Positions 32,247 through 43,005 of a stretch of DNA of 64,000 nt are shown here, one piece after another. The position numbers and the translations under genes are program-made. The stretch is taken from contig AP039709.1 in NCBI GenBank assembly GCA_051599415.1, positions 124,001-188,000 of the forward strand, given 5' to 3'. The notes under the pieces are model-generated. The model searched no databases. It worked only from the letters and a program-made list of their open reading frames with translations, and was not told the DNA's origin. The stretch is from Savitreella phatthalungensis. Its lineage: Eukaryota. The number at the start of each line of letters is the position of its first letter. Within the stretch, counting starts at the first letter, position 1.

Positions 32247-32955
32247 AATTTGAAGAGTAAACGCTGCTACTCGTCTCGAGTCTTTTAATTACCTCTCTTA
32301 CGCTTTCTCTCGACGTTCTCTACCCAAACCTTCACGATCACCCTCAAATCGGAGTTCAACTGCAGACATTCTTCTCTCTTCCGTACTCCATTGATTACCT
32401 TAACGATACAATTTCCATCCTCTAATCCCATGACCCGTGCCGTCATATCATCTGGACCGACAAGCGAAGGTTCTTATCTGCAGAACGCGTGATGTTCAGA
32501 CATCGGCTTCTTTGTATGCTTGCCCGAAAAGGAGAAGTACATCGGCTCTTCATCGCTTATCGATCACTTCGACTCTTGACCATGTCGTCAGCCATTTAGC
32601 TGACCTGTGAAATGGACGCCCAAGCGAGTCTCCCAGCCCTTTGACGAGCGTAGACTGATCTAGGCTAGTGTAGACTTGCTGGAACAGTGTGTAGACTCCC
32701 AAGGGCAAGGGCTTCTGAGGAGACTTACGAGAGCTTTTGACTCGACTCGAGTGGCAAGGTCATGCACGTGCTCGTATCCTCTACGTCAGCATAGCAATCA
32801 CGTGAAAATTACTTTTTGACTTCCAGTCGACGTAACCACCTGCAGGATACCCTCACACACACTCACACCTACTCCTTACACTCGTACAACAACACTCCTA
32901 GGACCTTATCTCCCGTTCAGAGTCATCTTGAAGCTCCTATAACATCAAAACACTT

Positions 32956-33780
32956 ATGATGAGACCTCTCATTCCCACTCTCAGGCTATCGCAGTCATCT
33001 ACCACCACAACCACCACCTTCTCTCCTAAAAGACCCTACTCTCTATTACGTACATCTATCCGACCGCAGGTCCCTCCCACTGCACGCCTCCCTCTATCGC
33101 CTCTATCGCGATCGCTGTGGATTCAGACTGAGCAGACTCCGAACTCGGACGCTCTTAAATTCGTGCCTGCGGGAACAACCATCCTCCCATCATCCTACAC
33201 TGGCGGGACGATCGAGTACGTGAACGGTCGTGAAGCATCCGGTTCACCGCTTGCTCGGAAACTGTTCAGCGTCGATGGCGTATCGACGGTCTTCTACGGT
33301 CGCGATTTCGTGACAGTGACGAAACGCGCAGACGCCGCCTGGCCATCGATCAAGACAGAGGTGTTTGGAATCCTGATGGAGCACCTATCTGCGGGTGAAC
33401 CGGTGCTCGTGGACGTCAACACAGGGGCAGCACCAGACACGGCAGCCGCGGAAGGCGACGACGAAGTCGTAGGCATGATCAAGGAACTCCTAGATACCAG
33501 AATCAGACCATCCATCCAGGAAGACGGCGGCGACATCGAGTACCGCGGCTTCGAAGACGGCGTCGTCAAGGTCAAGCTCAGGGGAGCGTGCAGGACGTGC
33601 GACTCGTCAACAGTCACACTCAAAAACGGAATCGAGAGTATGCTCATGCACTACGTTCCAGAAGTCGAGGCCGTAGAACAGGTCCTAGACCCTGAAGAAC
33701 AGATGGCAGAACAGACGTTTGCAGAATTCGAAGCGAGTCTAAAGGCTAAGCGACACACGAACGGGGATACTCAGGTATAG
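32956..33780 (+). CDS. NFU1: Mitochondrial Fe-S cluster carrier Nfu1
   Basis: Presequence; IQTEQTPNSDALKF; IRPSIQEDGGDIEY; LRGACRTC CxxC motif. Confidence 0.95.
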   Translation: MMRPLIPTLRLSQSSTTTTTTFSPKRPYSLLRTSIRPQVPPTARLPLSPLSRSLWIQTEQTPNSDALKFVPAGTTILPSSYTGGTIEYVNGREASGSPLARKLFSVDGVSTVFYGRDFVTVTKRADAAWPSIKTEVFGILMEHLSAGEPVLVDVNTGAAPDTAAAEGDDEVVGMIKELLDTRIRPSIQEDGGDIEYRGFEDGVVKVKLRGACRTCDSSTVTLKNGIESMLMHYVPEVEAVEQVLDPEEQMAEQTFAEFEASLKAKRHTNGDTQV

Positions 33781-33840
33781 TCGTGTGGAAGTGGAAGGAG
33801 AAGGAAAGACACACGAACGGGGATACTCAGGTATAGTCGT
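33752..33840. repeat. 33-bp exact direct duplication spanning the NFU1 stop codon
   Basis: GACACACGAACGGGGATACTCAGGTATAGTCGT at 33752-33784 and 33808-33840. Confidence 0.95.
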
Positions 33841-33892
33841 CTGGAACGGAAAAGAAGATCTGTATACATTTGAATGATGTGCTCTTGACATT

Positions 33893-36061
33893 TTATCGAC
33901 CTACCCTGATCGGAATGAAGTTGCCAACGATACAAGACGGGATGTTGTACCTGTCGCGCTTGATGGTGAATGAGAAGCAGCAGGAGACGACTTCTGGCGG
34001 GTGTGACGATAGGTTGTTTTGTGAGGGGAAGGGGGTTCTCGCGGATTGACCGTTGACCGGTGTGAGGACGCCTGCTGAGCTTGTGCCTGCGGTGTTGACT
34101 GTGCTGTTGTTGTTGTTGTGGTGGTGTGGGTGTGCTGAGAAGGGCCGTGATGCCTGGTGGAGGAGTAGGCAGGATGTGAGGACTGCTTTTTGAGCGCCAT
34201 CGAAAGCGATGTTGCCGTACTTCTCCCAGTAGTTGACTGCAGAGTCCTCATCCATCAGCTCCGTGATGGCCAACCTGCCATCCCGCAGCTGGTCAATGTC
34301 GACCCCGAGCAGCGCAGCAAACTCCTTGTTCCCACGAAAAATCTCACCCGTCCGTCGCCACAAGCACGACGGCACAGCCATCGACGTAAACACCCGATCG
34401 TAGTCCAGCAGCAACCGCTCGAACGCCTCCTCCACCAGCACCAGATCCACGTCCGTCAGACGCTTCGCGATCGCCCTGAATGCTGGGCGGAACTGCGACA
34501 GCGGCGCTAGGATCCTCTGACGCGATTCAGCAGACATGTTCTTCTCCATGTACTTCTGGAGGCGGGCGTAGCCGCGGACGTAGTCGAACGGGCGCATGAG
34601 GCCGGCGTCGACTTTCGCGTTGATCACCTGCTTCAGCCGGTCCTCTGCAGATTCCGGGACAGGGTCGGCAGCAGCGAGGAAGAACTTCTCGGCCGGCGTG
34701 TCACCGAGCTTGGATACGTCACCACTTCCACCACCACCAACAACATCCACACCGGAGCTCGAGCTCTGTTGCTGCTGCTGCACACCCTTCGACACGGCAA
34801 ACGACTCTCGCCGTGACGGCGCAGCAGAACCACCGGCAGACCGAGGACCAATCGATGGGTTACGCACGAACCGCGCGGCTTCGCGAGCCAACGTCTGACG
34901 CTGCTCCTGCGTCAGGTCTGGTGTTCTGTCTGCTGGCAGTGGGGCTGGGACTGTGGTGGGGACGGAGGTTGGGCTTCCTGGCCGGGTACCGCCTGGGCTC
35001 CCCATGATGTTGAGGAAGTCTGAGAGGACGAGGAACTCGTTGTTGGTGTGCTCGCTTGCAAAGTGGGAGAAGGGCGCGTTCGAGAGGCCAAACAAGGAGT
35101 TGTCATACAGCATGCTAAAGTCATTCAAAGCCGCAGCAGCAGCAGCAGCACCACCATCCGCGCTACCGGGACCCCCACCCGCCAGCTTCCCGTTCCCAAG
35201 CACACTGCTGCCAATCTCAGTCCCGGGTGTATAGCCGAGTATTCCAGGAGCGCCTGTGGAGGCTGCAGCCGCAGCTGCTGCCGCTGCGGAAGCCGCTGCT
35301 ACTGCTGCACCAACAGCTGTCGAAGGCACGCCTGTAGATGTGGACGTTGTCGCGGCACTCCCGCTCGTCGGAGGTCCACCGTGACCCATGCCTGTGTCGC
35401 CGCCGGTGCCGGAAGCCGTACCGGTTGGCGGTCCAGCCAGGCCTTCCGAGACACTGCCAGGGATAGAGTGGGGTGAGTGGGAGGCCGCGTGGATGGATGC
35501 GCCCGCGGGAGACGAGACCACGCTCGGCGACATCCGCAAGATCGACGATCCCGGACCAGTGCCAGCGTACACTGTCGAGCCAGGCGCCGCCGGCATCTCA
35601 CGGGCCACACCAGCCTTCGCCGCAGTAGAATGATGACCCTGCGGTCCCTGCCCGTCCTTGTACTCGTCATGGCACAGGTGACCGATGTTGCGCTTCACAC
35701 AGCGCGTGCACGGTCTTGCGGCATCGCACGTCATATGCGATCGACGACAGTAGACGCATGCGTGGTTGACCTTCCGCCGCTTGCTTGGAGTCGCACTTGA
35801 TGTGGCGGTCGCGGTGGCCGCCGTCGATCCATTTGACCCGTTCTTCTGCGGCATCTGGGTGGCGCTCGGAGCTGATTGTTGTTGCTGTGTCTGCTGTGGT
35901 TGCGGCTGTGGCTGCTGATGGGCAGCTGCCGGTTTTTGGCTGCCATTAGCAGCTCCTTCAGCCATGTCGAGGGTAGAAGGATCAGGCCGTGGATGGACAG
36001 ATGGAGATGGAGGTCGAGAGGCGCGTGGAAAGGCGGCAATCACTGATCCTGCCTCCTCCAC
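33893..36061 (-). CDS. RDS2: Zn(II)2Cys6 transcription factor with PAS-like C-terminus, Rds2/AcuM-like (gluconeogenesis regulator)
   Basis: KRRKVNHACVYCRRSHMTCD..RPCTRCVKRNIGHLCHDE; PFDYVRGYARL; WRRTGEI; SAVNYWEKYG; CCFSFTIKRD. Start may be the later ATG at 35965. Confidence 0.88.
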   Translation of the reverse strand: MEEAGSVIAAFPRASRPPSPSVHPRPDPSTLDMAEGAANGSQKPAAAHQQPQPQPQQTQQQQSAPSATQMPQKNGSNGSTAATATATSSATPSKRRKVNHACVYCRRSHMTCDAARPCTRCVKRNIGHLCHDEYKDGQGPQGHHSTAAKAGVAREMPAAPGSTVYAGTGPGSSILRMSPSVVSSPAGASIHAASHSPHSIPGSVSEGLAGPPTGTASGTGGDTGMGHGGPPTSGSAATTSTSTGVPSTAVGAAVAAASAAAAAAAAASTGAPGILGYTPGTEIGSSVLGNGKLAGGGPGSADGGAAAAAAALNDFSMLYDNSLFGLSNAPFSHFASEHTNNEFLVLSDFLNIMGSPGGTRPGSPTSVPTTVPAPLPADRTPDLTQEQRQTLAREAARFVRNPSIGPRSAGGSAAPSRRESFAVSKGVQQQQQSSSSGVDVVGGGGSGDVSKLGDTPAEKFFLAAADPVPESAEDRLKQVINAKVDAGLMRPFDYVRGYARLQKYMEKNMSAESRQRILAPLSQFRPAFRAIAKRLTDVDLVLVEEAFERLLLDYDRVFTSMAVPSCLWRRTGEIFRGNKEFAALLGVDIDQLRDGRLAITELMDEDSAVNYWEKYGNIAFDGAQKAVLTSCLLLHQASRPFSAHPHHHNNNNSTVNTAGTSSAGVLTPVNGQSARTPFPSQNNLSSHPPEVVSCCFSFTIKRDRYNIPSCIVGNFIPIRVGR

Positions 36062-36824
36062 TTTAGCTCAGTCGATCTGGTTTTGCGCGCGTGGCTGCGA
36101 GTTGGACGTTGAGAGAAGATGAAGGTGCTTGAGAGAGTATGTAGGCGAGGAGAAGCGAGACAGAGGGGAGAATGAGTTCTGCGAGGGCGGCCTGTGTAAG
36201 AGAGAGATGAGCAGCTGATACGTCCTGACTCGGCTAAGTCTGCAGAAGTGGCGATGACGCAAGGGACTATGTTTGTCCGGAAGCGTGGCGTAGAGAGTGA
36301 CGGTGGTTGACGAGCTGCTGGCTCGTGCTGTCGCGGGAGAGAAGAGAGAATGACAGGCTCAGTATCGATAGGTGCCGCGTGACAACAGCGGTGTCGAGGT
36401 GGAGGCGATTGTGGGTTATGAAGGCGCTGGAAAGCGATATGAAGGGGGCAAGGTCACCGGTTGCGGGAGGGCTTGCTGGAGAGTACACAGTGATGAAAGG
36501 TTGACTCAGATAGAAGACGCTTGCTGCACTTCTGGGATCAGCGAGTAGCCTGCAGCGAGGTGAAGAAGGAAAGCCGATTGAAGGACCTGCTGAGGTTGTT
36601 ACTCCACTGTGCTGGTGCAACTGTTTGTATACACATACAGTATACAGTATACTCCACTGTAGAAGAAGAATCCTGACCCACGCATAGTTTTCCAGCCAGG
36701 CAGGGAGAAGGCGTAGAGTACAGAGTACAGAGCACAGAGTACAGAGTAGAGAGAACAGAGTGCAAAGAAGGCTGAGAGCAGTCTACACTCGCACAAACAA
36801 CAGTTTTATAAATGCCTTTTTAAG

Positions 36825-36985
36825 CTTTGTGCGAGGTCAAGTTACTGTTTTATAATAATCTAATCTAAAGTACTTTATCCAGACTTAATTATTCTAGTCA
36901 AATTAGAAGAAAATTAGATTCGACCTAAATAGGAAGGTCGCACAAGTACAAGTCACGTGTATCTGAATCTTGACCTCGCACAAAG
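36825..36985. repeat. AT-rich element bounded by a perfect 17-bp inverted repeat
   Basis: CTTTGTGCGAGGTCAAG (36825-36841) and CTTGACCTCGCACAAAG (36969-36985). No target-site duplication seen. Confidence 0.9.
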
Positions 36986-38240
36986 ATTCGAATCTGGGGT
37001 ACAGAGTCACGTGAAACTACATCCACACATTTATGATATCACACGTACGTACGTATGTACATATCATCTCACAGACTCCAGTCTACTCTGGCTCTGACGA
37101 CATCGCTCATACGGTCTCCAGGGTCTCCAGGTTTCTGGAAGCACTCCTGAGACACTAGGACGGTACAAGTAACCCTATTTGACATTCTCATGACCTTGAG
37201 AATCACGTTAGAATGAACTCAGACCGTGACATACTCCTGGACCGTGCTTGGAAGAAGCCCCCCGACTGGCTCGTCTTCTAAAACAGCTAGACCTGCTGAT
37301 ACACACACACACACACATACATACACATACACACACATCTCCATCTTCACAGGTCTCACACCTGATTGAATCACGCTCAACGGTCATGGATCTATCGAGC
37401 TCTTATCCTGGCATATGGAACAAGCTTTGCTAATCACTGTGGCTGATGTTTCCATCCGAAAAGCGTCAAGAGCAGCTGCTTGAGACTTTAGACCTTGATT
37501 GGAAGGACTGCCCACTGTAATGACCAATCCGAGAGCTGATCATCATCGTGACGGGTCCATTGATCCAGGAGATTACGCAGAGAAGCTGGATTCCTTTTCA
37601 CATCTTGATCCAGATACACGTGACTGAAGAGATGATCTTCTTCCTCCCAAAGACAGGATATCATCCATTCGTCATCCTGCTTCACTGTCGAGTCCGCAAG
37701 TGATATCATCTAGGGTGAGGACGATGTGGCCGAATCTGAAGACACCTATACTCTCGCTCTGCAGACCACGCTCATGAGCGCATAGCAGCTGCCTGTATTC
37801 GCTTGCTGTTCGGTCCGAATTGCTCAGAGATCACTTCACCGAGTGCTGCCCATGAGCATACAATTGCAATCGCGAGTCGACCATTGTGACAAGAAAGCTG
37901 CTTCGGCAGATCTAGTTCTGACAAAGACGCGCTCTTTTGACACATTCACGGACTACAATCGTCCTCTCAGACACAGTCTAGACCACGCGACCTTGCTGCT
38001 CCTTACGCCACGAGGTCGAAGGTCAAGTGTTCTCGGTCAGATCTCCCAGAGGCTAGAGCTCGAGCTTGAACAACATACACTCTAGTTCTGGCTGAGCCGA
38101 TCTTCGGCGGATCTCACAAACTCCTGTACCCAGCGCAACTCGACGTCTCGGAAATTCATGAACAACATCGATTCTCGGTGCAAAAATGGTTCCTCCTCTG
38201 TTGCAACACACTCCACTTCAACTGACATTCCGATCAATCA

Positions 38241-39344
38241 ATGAACAACATCGATCTGATTAGTCAGACTTCTGCAGGGACATCCGTCCGCCTGCTACGA
38301 AAGCGTCGACAGCTCGACGCGATGGTGGACGACCTGCAGGCTATGGAGGAGCGTCTGCGCTTGATCGAGCTGAAGACGAGTGTTACGGAAAAACCCACCT
38401 CGAACCCGCGGCTGCCGACGAAACAGCGAGACCCCTCGTACTTTCTCGATCCGCTTGATTTCTCATCCATCTTCTCGCCCACATCCTCGGCGTCCGCCGC
38501 AAGAGGGAGCTACTCGATCGGCCGGCCGACTAATAGCAGGGTTCCAGGTGGTCCACGGAGCTCTCACTCTCCAGCAGTTTCCAACGGACAGCGGAAGCCC
38601 AGTGTGGCATTTGTCCGAGCGGTTGAATTTCCGCCGCCCTGGTCACCCCTGCGACCTGTGAGAACTCCGCCGCAGAAGCAGCGTACCACACAGCGCTCGG
38701 GACTCTCTGGTGCTTTTGTTGCCGGGCGCATAGATGACGCCAGGAGACACAGCATACAGGTGAGCGACTTGACGCAAGGTCATCCACGGGTGCCCTCCCA
38801 GAGGCCTCCTGTAGCGGTGCAGCGTCCAGAGGATGATAAGTGGTCGAGGAGAAGCTCTCTCCCGGTATCACTCGCCGGGAGTCACGCTCGGTATATTCCG
38901 TCCGTGTCGTCCCCACTGGCATCCACATGCACGCGAGGGAATATCCCAAGCACATACGCTGTCAAGCACCGCGATGACCACTACCAAAACAAGTCGCAGC
39001 AGCAAGCACTTGGCATCTCGGGAAAGACGTTCTCGAGTGGTGATACTTCTGCAGATGCATATGACTGGCGTTCCTCGGGCATTTCTCCTCATACAGAGGC
39101 CTCAAACGATGTAGACGCAAGGAGAAGATCACCGAATCGATCAGGAAGAGATGCACAGCAGAGGCCTAGCTCAGACTGGGGCATCTCTACTGCAAGGCCG
39201 CAGCTAAAGACACTACCACGACAGCCTGGAGGTGCTACTAAATCAGTCACCCCTCGAGGTAAGTCCATGTGGAAGGAAAGCATGATGACCATGTTTGATC
39301 GTCATGTCATCTCAAGAGCTAGAAGAGTACTCCTAGGCAAGTGA
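38241..39344 (+). CDS. Hypothetical Ser/Arg/Pro-rich protein with a short N-terminal coiled coil
   Basis: 367-codon ORF. No family recognised; 5' structure uncertain. Confidence 0.55.
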   Translation: MNNIDLISQTSAGTSVRLLRKRRQLDAMVDDLQAMEERLRLIELKTSVTEKPTSNPRLPTKQRDPSYFLDPLDFSSIFSPTSSASAARGSYSIGRPTNSRVPGGPRSSHSPAVSNGQRKPSVAFVRAVEFPPPWSPLRPVRTPPQKQRTTQRSGLSGAFVAGRIDDARRHSIQVSDLTQGHPRVPSQRPPVAVQRPEDDKWSRRSSLPVSLAGSHARYIPSVSSPLASTCTRGNIPSTYAVKHRDDHYQNKSQQQALGISGKTFSSGDTSADAYDWRSSGISPHTEASNDVDARRRSPNRSGRDAQQRPSSDWGISTARPQLKTLPRQPGGATKSVTPRGKSMWKESMMTMFDRHVISRARRVLLGK

Positions 39345-39846
39345 AGTGTATAGAAACCCTCCTGCTAGACTATCGTAGAGAGAGACACCAACACTTTCCA
39401 TCTACTGCATTGCTGCGCTCGTGTGACCTTTGTACGAAGCTCACCTCAGCTCAACCCACGACAGAACAGGTCAGCTCGGAGAATAAATCGGAAGAGGCAA
39501 CTGCAGTGAACAATCACGTGTTGGAATAACTTTTAAAATGCCAAAAACAGAAACAGACAAAATCAAATTTAGGTTACACAAAGATCTCACACACACACAC
39601 ACAGCACAAAACAGGGTTACACAAGAGAACGACATCACTGACGACATCATCGATAATAACCTCGTCTTCCATCCCCTTCTTGAACCTTCTACATCGCTCT
39701 GATTCTGTATTTATCCTGTGTCTAGCTTGCTCCGAGTCAAGACAAGACATTCCTCTCCTCGATCTTCGGTCCACAGGTCAGCGCATCTCATTTAGCGCCC
39801 CATTCACAAGCAGCGTGGCAGGCGTGCCGATTGTGACCCCAAAATC

Positions 39847-41718
39847 ATGACGATACGGTCATGGCGGATAGCTCGGCCATTCAGCGGAATGGTCAATGAC
39901 TTGCGTCTACGGGCGCCATGGTACATTGGAGACTGGGTTGGTAAGGAGGATGTCTACAAGGACTTCGCAACAGTCTATCGAATCCTTTCTGGCACCTTGC
40001 GCATCTTCTTCGTCAACCTCCTCCCTGCACTCAGCTACGGCCTTGACATGTACTACCGCACAGACAGAGCCTGGGGCACAAACGAAATCCTCCTTGCATC
40101 AGCACTCCCAGCAGCATTCTTCGCAATCTTCTCGTGTCAACCTCTCACCATCGTCGGCATCACTGGACTTATCTCCCTCTTCGGGTACACGACATATGAC
40201 ATTGTTACCGTCAGATACGGTGTCGATTTTCTTGGATTCATGGGCTGGGTTGGCATTTGGGGAGCCGTCTTCCACTGGCTGATTGCTATCTTTAACTGGT
40301 GTGACTATATGCGGTATGTAACGGACTTCTCGTCGACAGCGTTCGGTGAGTACGTGGGAATCATCTATATTTTGAAGGGCGTCGAGCTGCTCGTCGAGGA
40401 GTTCCCTCCAAATGACGGCATCTCCCTCGCAAATGGATACCTCTCTGTCATCATCGCACTCCTCTACTTCGCACTAGTTTGGTTCACCGAGCGGATCGGC
40501 AAGGGTAGATACCTCCACTGGTATATCCGCAGCCTGTGCAACGATTTTGCCCTCATCATCTGGGTCGTATTCTTTGCAGGCTTCGCACATATCCCAGGCA
40601 ACCTCAAGAACGTCCACATCGAGACCTACCCGATCTCCAAGGCCTTCCAGCCCACCACTGATCGACCGTGGTTTGTCCCATTCTGGGAGATCCCAGTCAA
40701 GTGGTGGTTTATCGCGATTCCCTTTGGCGCACTCGTCACAGCACTGTTCTATTACGACCACAACGTATCGAGTCTGATGGCACAAGCGAGGCACTACCCG
40801 CTCCGCAAGCACGCAGGGTTTCACTGGGACTTCTTCCTCCTCGGCTGCACCACCCTTGTCGCAGGCTTCGTTGGCATCCCGTACCCGAACGGACTTGTCC
40901 CGCAAGCACCCCTTCACACGGATTCCTGCAGCATCATGCGATGGCCGAAGAGCTCAGACTACGAGCACCTGGCTCCCGGAGAAGAAGAAGAGGCCGAGGC
41001 TGAAGCTGCAAGCGGTCCGAAGATTGTCCGGATTGTGGAGCAGCGATGGACGCACTTCCTCATGGCCCTGCTTCTATTCGGCATGATGACAAGACCACTC
41101 CTCGTCGTCCTCAGCACCGTTCCGAGAGCTGTCTTTGCAGGCGTCTTCATCGCCGTCGGCTGGTCATCCATCGAGACAAATCCAATCACGAAGCGGACGA
41201 TCGACTTTTTGAGAACGCCGATCCGGACACCGACAGTCAGGCGCAGGGCAACCTTACTCTTCCTACTCATCCAATGGATCACAATCGGCGCGGAAGTGGC
41301 CATCTCCCAGACTCTCGGCGCTATCGGCTTTCCAGTCATCATCCTCTTCCTCATACCGCTCAGGTGGACGTGGATGCTGAAGTGGTTCACCTTCGAGGAG
41401 CTCCACCAGCTCGACAATCCGACCGCGGAAGCCGATGTTGTCCTCGCCAGTCTAGGCGGTCGTCCTGATATTATGGATCGCACCATGCCAGAGAGCGAGC
41501 GACGGAGGAAAATCCAGCATCACGCAAACGGTCCCCGCGAGAAGGACCTGGATGCACCACACACGACACTACACCCAACGCAACCATCCTCCGTCGCTTC
41601 GGACACGCCGACCACCCATTCATCCAGGGACACAGATGTGGGTCACCAAGCAACCAGTCGCAAACCAAGCAACGCAACGAGCGCACTCGGGCGCAATGCC
41701 TTTGCCTTCAGGAACTAG
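39847..41718 (+). CDS. BOR1: SLC4/HCO3- transporter family borate efflux protein
   Basis: FSCQPLTIVGITG, YYDHNVSSLMAQ, GFHWDFFLLG, NGLVPQAPLHT, VEQR; many transmembrane segments. Confidence 0.93.
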   Translation: MTIRSWRIARPFSGMVNDLRLRAPWYIGDWVGKEDVYKDFATVYRILSGTLRIFFVNLLPALSYGLDMYYRTDRAWGTNEILLASALPAAFFAIFSCQPLTIVGITGLISLFGYTTYDIVTVRYGVDFLGFMGWVGIWGAVFHWLIAIFNWCDYMRYVTDFSSTAFGEYVGIIYILKGVELLVEEFPPNDGISLANGYLSVIIALLYFALVWFTERIGKGRYLHWYIRSLCNDFALIIWVVFFAGFAHIPGNLKNVHIETYPISKAFQPTTDRPWFVPFWEIPVKWWFIAIPFGALVTALFYYDHNVSSLMAQARHYPLRKHAGFHWDFFLLGCTTLVAGFVGIPYPNGLVPQAPLHTDSCSIMRWPKSSDYEHLAPGEEEEAEAEAASGPKIVRIVEQRWTHFLMALLLFGMMTRPLLVVLSTVPRAVFAGVFIAVGWSSIETNPITKRTIDFLRTPIRTPTVRRRATLLFLLIQWITIGAEVAISQTLGAIGFPVIILFLIPLRWTWMLKWFTFEELHQLDNPTAEADVVLASLGGRPDIMDRTMPESERRRKIQHHANGPREKDLDAPHTTLHPTQPSSVASDTPTTHSSRDTDVGHQATSRKPSNATSALGRNAFAFRN

Positions 41719-42118
41719 TTTCCGCCCAAATAGCCGTGTACTACACGATATATGAATCTTGACCGCATGACTTGGACGTGACGTGATTTGATGTGAGATG
41801 ATCAGGATATGGTTGTCGAAGATCTCCTGACCCCGCAACATACAGAGGCGCAGCCGGCCGAGAACTGGCTCATCGGCAATCCTTGCCAGTCACCGTCCCC
41901 TATCGTACACCGCCTCACCTGGGCCAGGGACCAAGTGACATGTCGTTGACCGCCCATAGGACGTGCCATCTGCCCTCCACATCGTCTGTACACCTTTCAG
42001 CGCAACCCCATACAAAACACCGCAACTCCATCACCATTATCCAATTCCCCCACCACTCCATTTATTTACACGTGATTAAACCAGAGCTCACCACCCACAT
42101 TCAAAATACCATCGTCCG

Positions 42119-42730
42119 ATGACGACAGCGCCCTTCTGCGTACGCCCTCGTCTCTCACGCCGGCGGTCTTCCTGCATGTCGAATACGGTCCTGCTAACCG
42201 ATCTGCCATCGACCGTCTTTGACGATACCGTTGCGATGAGGGCGCTTCGGGATACGGTGACCTGTGCTGCTGGGGTCGCTCCTGTGCACTGGGTTCCGCT
42301 CCGATCGTTCTCTCGCGTGGTCGCTGTGTTTGGCGAGGCTGTGCGGGTGGGTGGTTTGGGCGGTATCACGGCAGGTGTGCCTGCGGCGGCGTGGGCAGGT
42401 AGTGGGAAGGGGCTGCAGCCGCCAGAAGCAAACAGAAACTGGCTCATCTCACCACCAGGATCCCCACCCGTGGGATGGCATCAGGTCAGGGAAGACCCGC
42501 CAAACGCGATCGCAACTGCAGACGATCTAGCGACGCTGTTGGAGATAGCAGGGGCAGCAGGGGAAAAGAGGTGTCTGACGTTGTTGGAGCCGGAGAAGGA
42601 GACGGTTGCCGGGGCAGGGTTGAGACCGCCCGGGATCGTGCTCCATGTGGACGACGGAGGGGACGACAGGGAGAGAGGTAGGGGGTACGGCAAGGTAGAT
42701 ACAGTTAGGACTGCCATGCCGCCGAAATGA
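42119..42730 (+). CDS. RCN1: Calcipressin (RCAN family calcineurin regulator)
   Basis: LRSFSRV; LQPP (LxxP); NWLISPPGSPPVGW..EDPPN; PxIxIT-like PGIVLH; terminal RTAMPP. Confidence 0.88.
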   Translation: MTTAPFCVRPRLSRRRSSCMSNTVLLTDLPSTVFDDTVAMRALRDTVTCAAGVAPVHWVPLRSFSRVVAVFGEAVRVGGLGGITAGVPAAAWAGSGKGLQPPEANRNWLISPPGSPPVGWHQVREDPPNAIATADDLATLLEIAGAAGEKRCLTLLEPEKETVAGAGLRPPGIVLHVDDGGDDRERGRGYGKVDTVRTAMPPK

Positions 42731-43005
42731 CCATAATCATGAATGACCGCAACACTGCACAGGAACACAAACACGAGAGGCTATGAGGCAGAGTGCTAGG
42801 TGATCGAGACAGTAATGTAATAGATATGACGACAGGATTATCTGTCTGAGCTCTGTCCTTGTCGTCGCCCTGTACAGTAGCGGTTGTGATGGATAGATGA
42901 ATGGCGAGAAAGGATGACAGAGTTGGAGAGGGAGGAGTGGAGGCGCTCTGTTGAATGGGAGCCTTATGATATCGAGTGATTGTTTTGAGTGTAGCGATGA
43001 TTAGC

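Noticed and set aside
33752..33840. 33-bp repeat with a 23-bp spacer resembling a mini CRISPR
   Set aside because: Eukaryotic context, only two copies, overlaps the NFU1 coding end, no cas genes.
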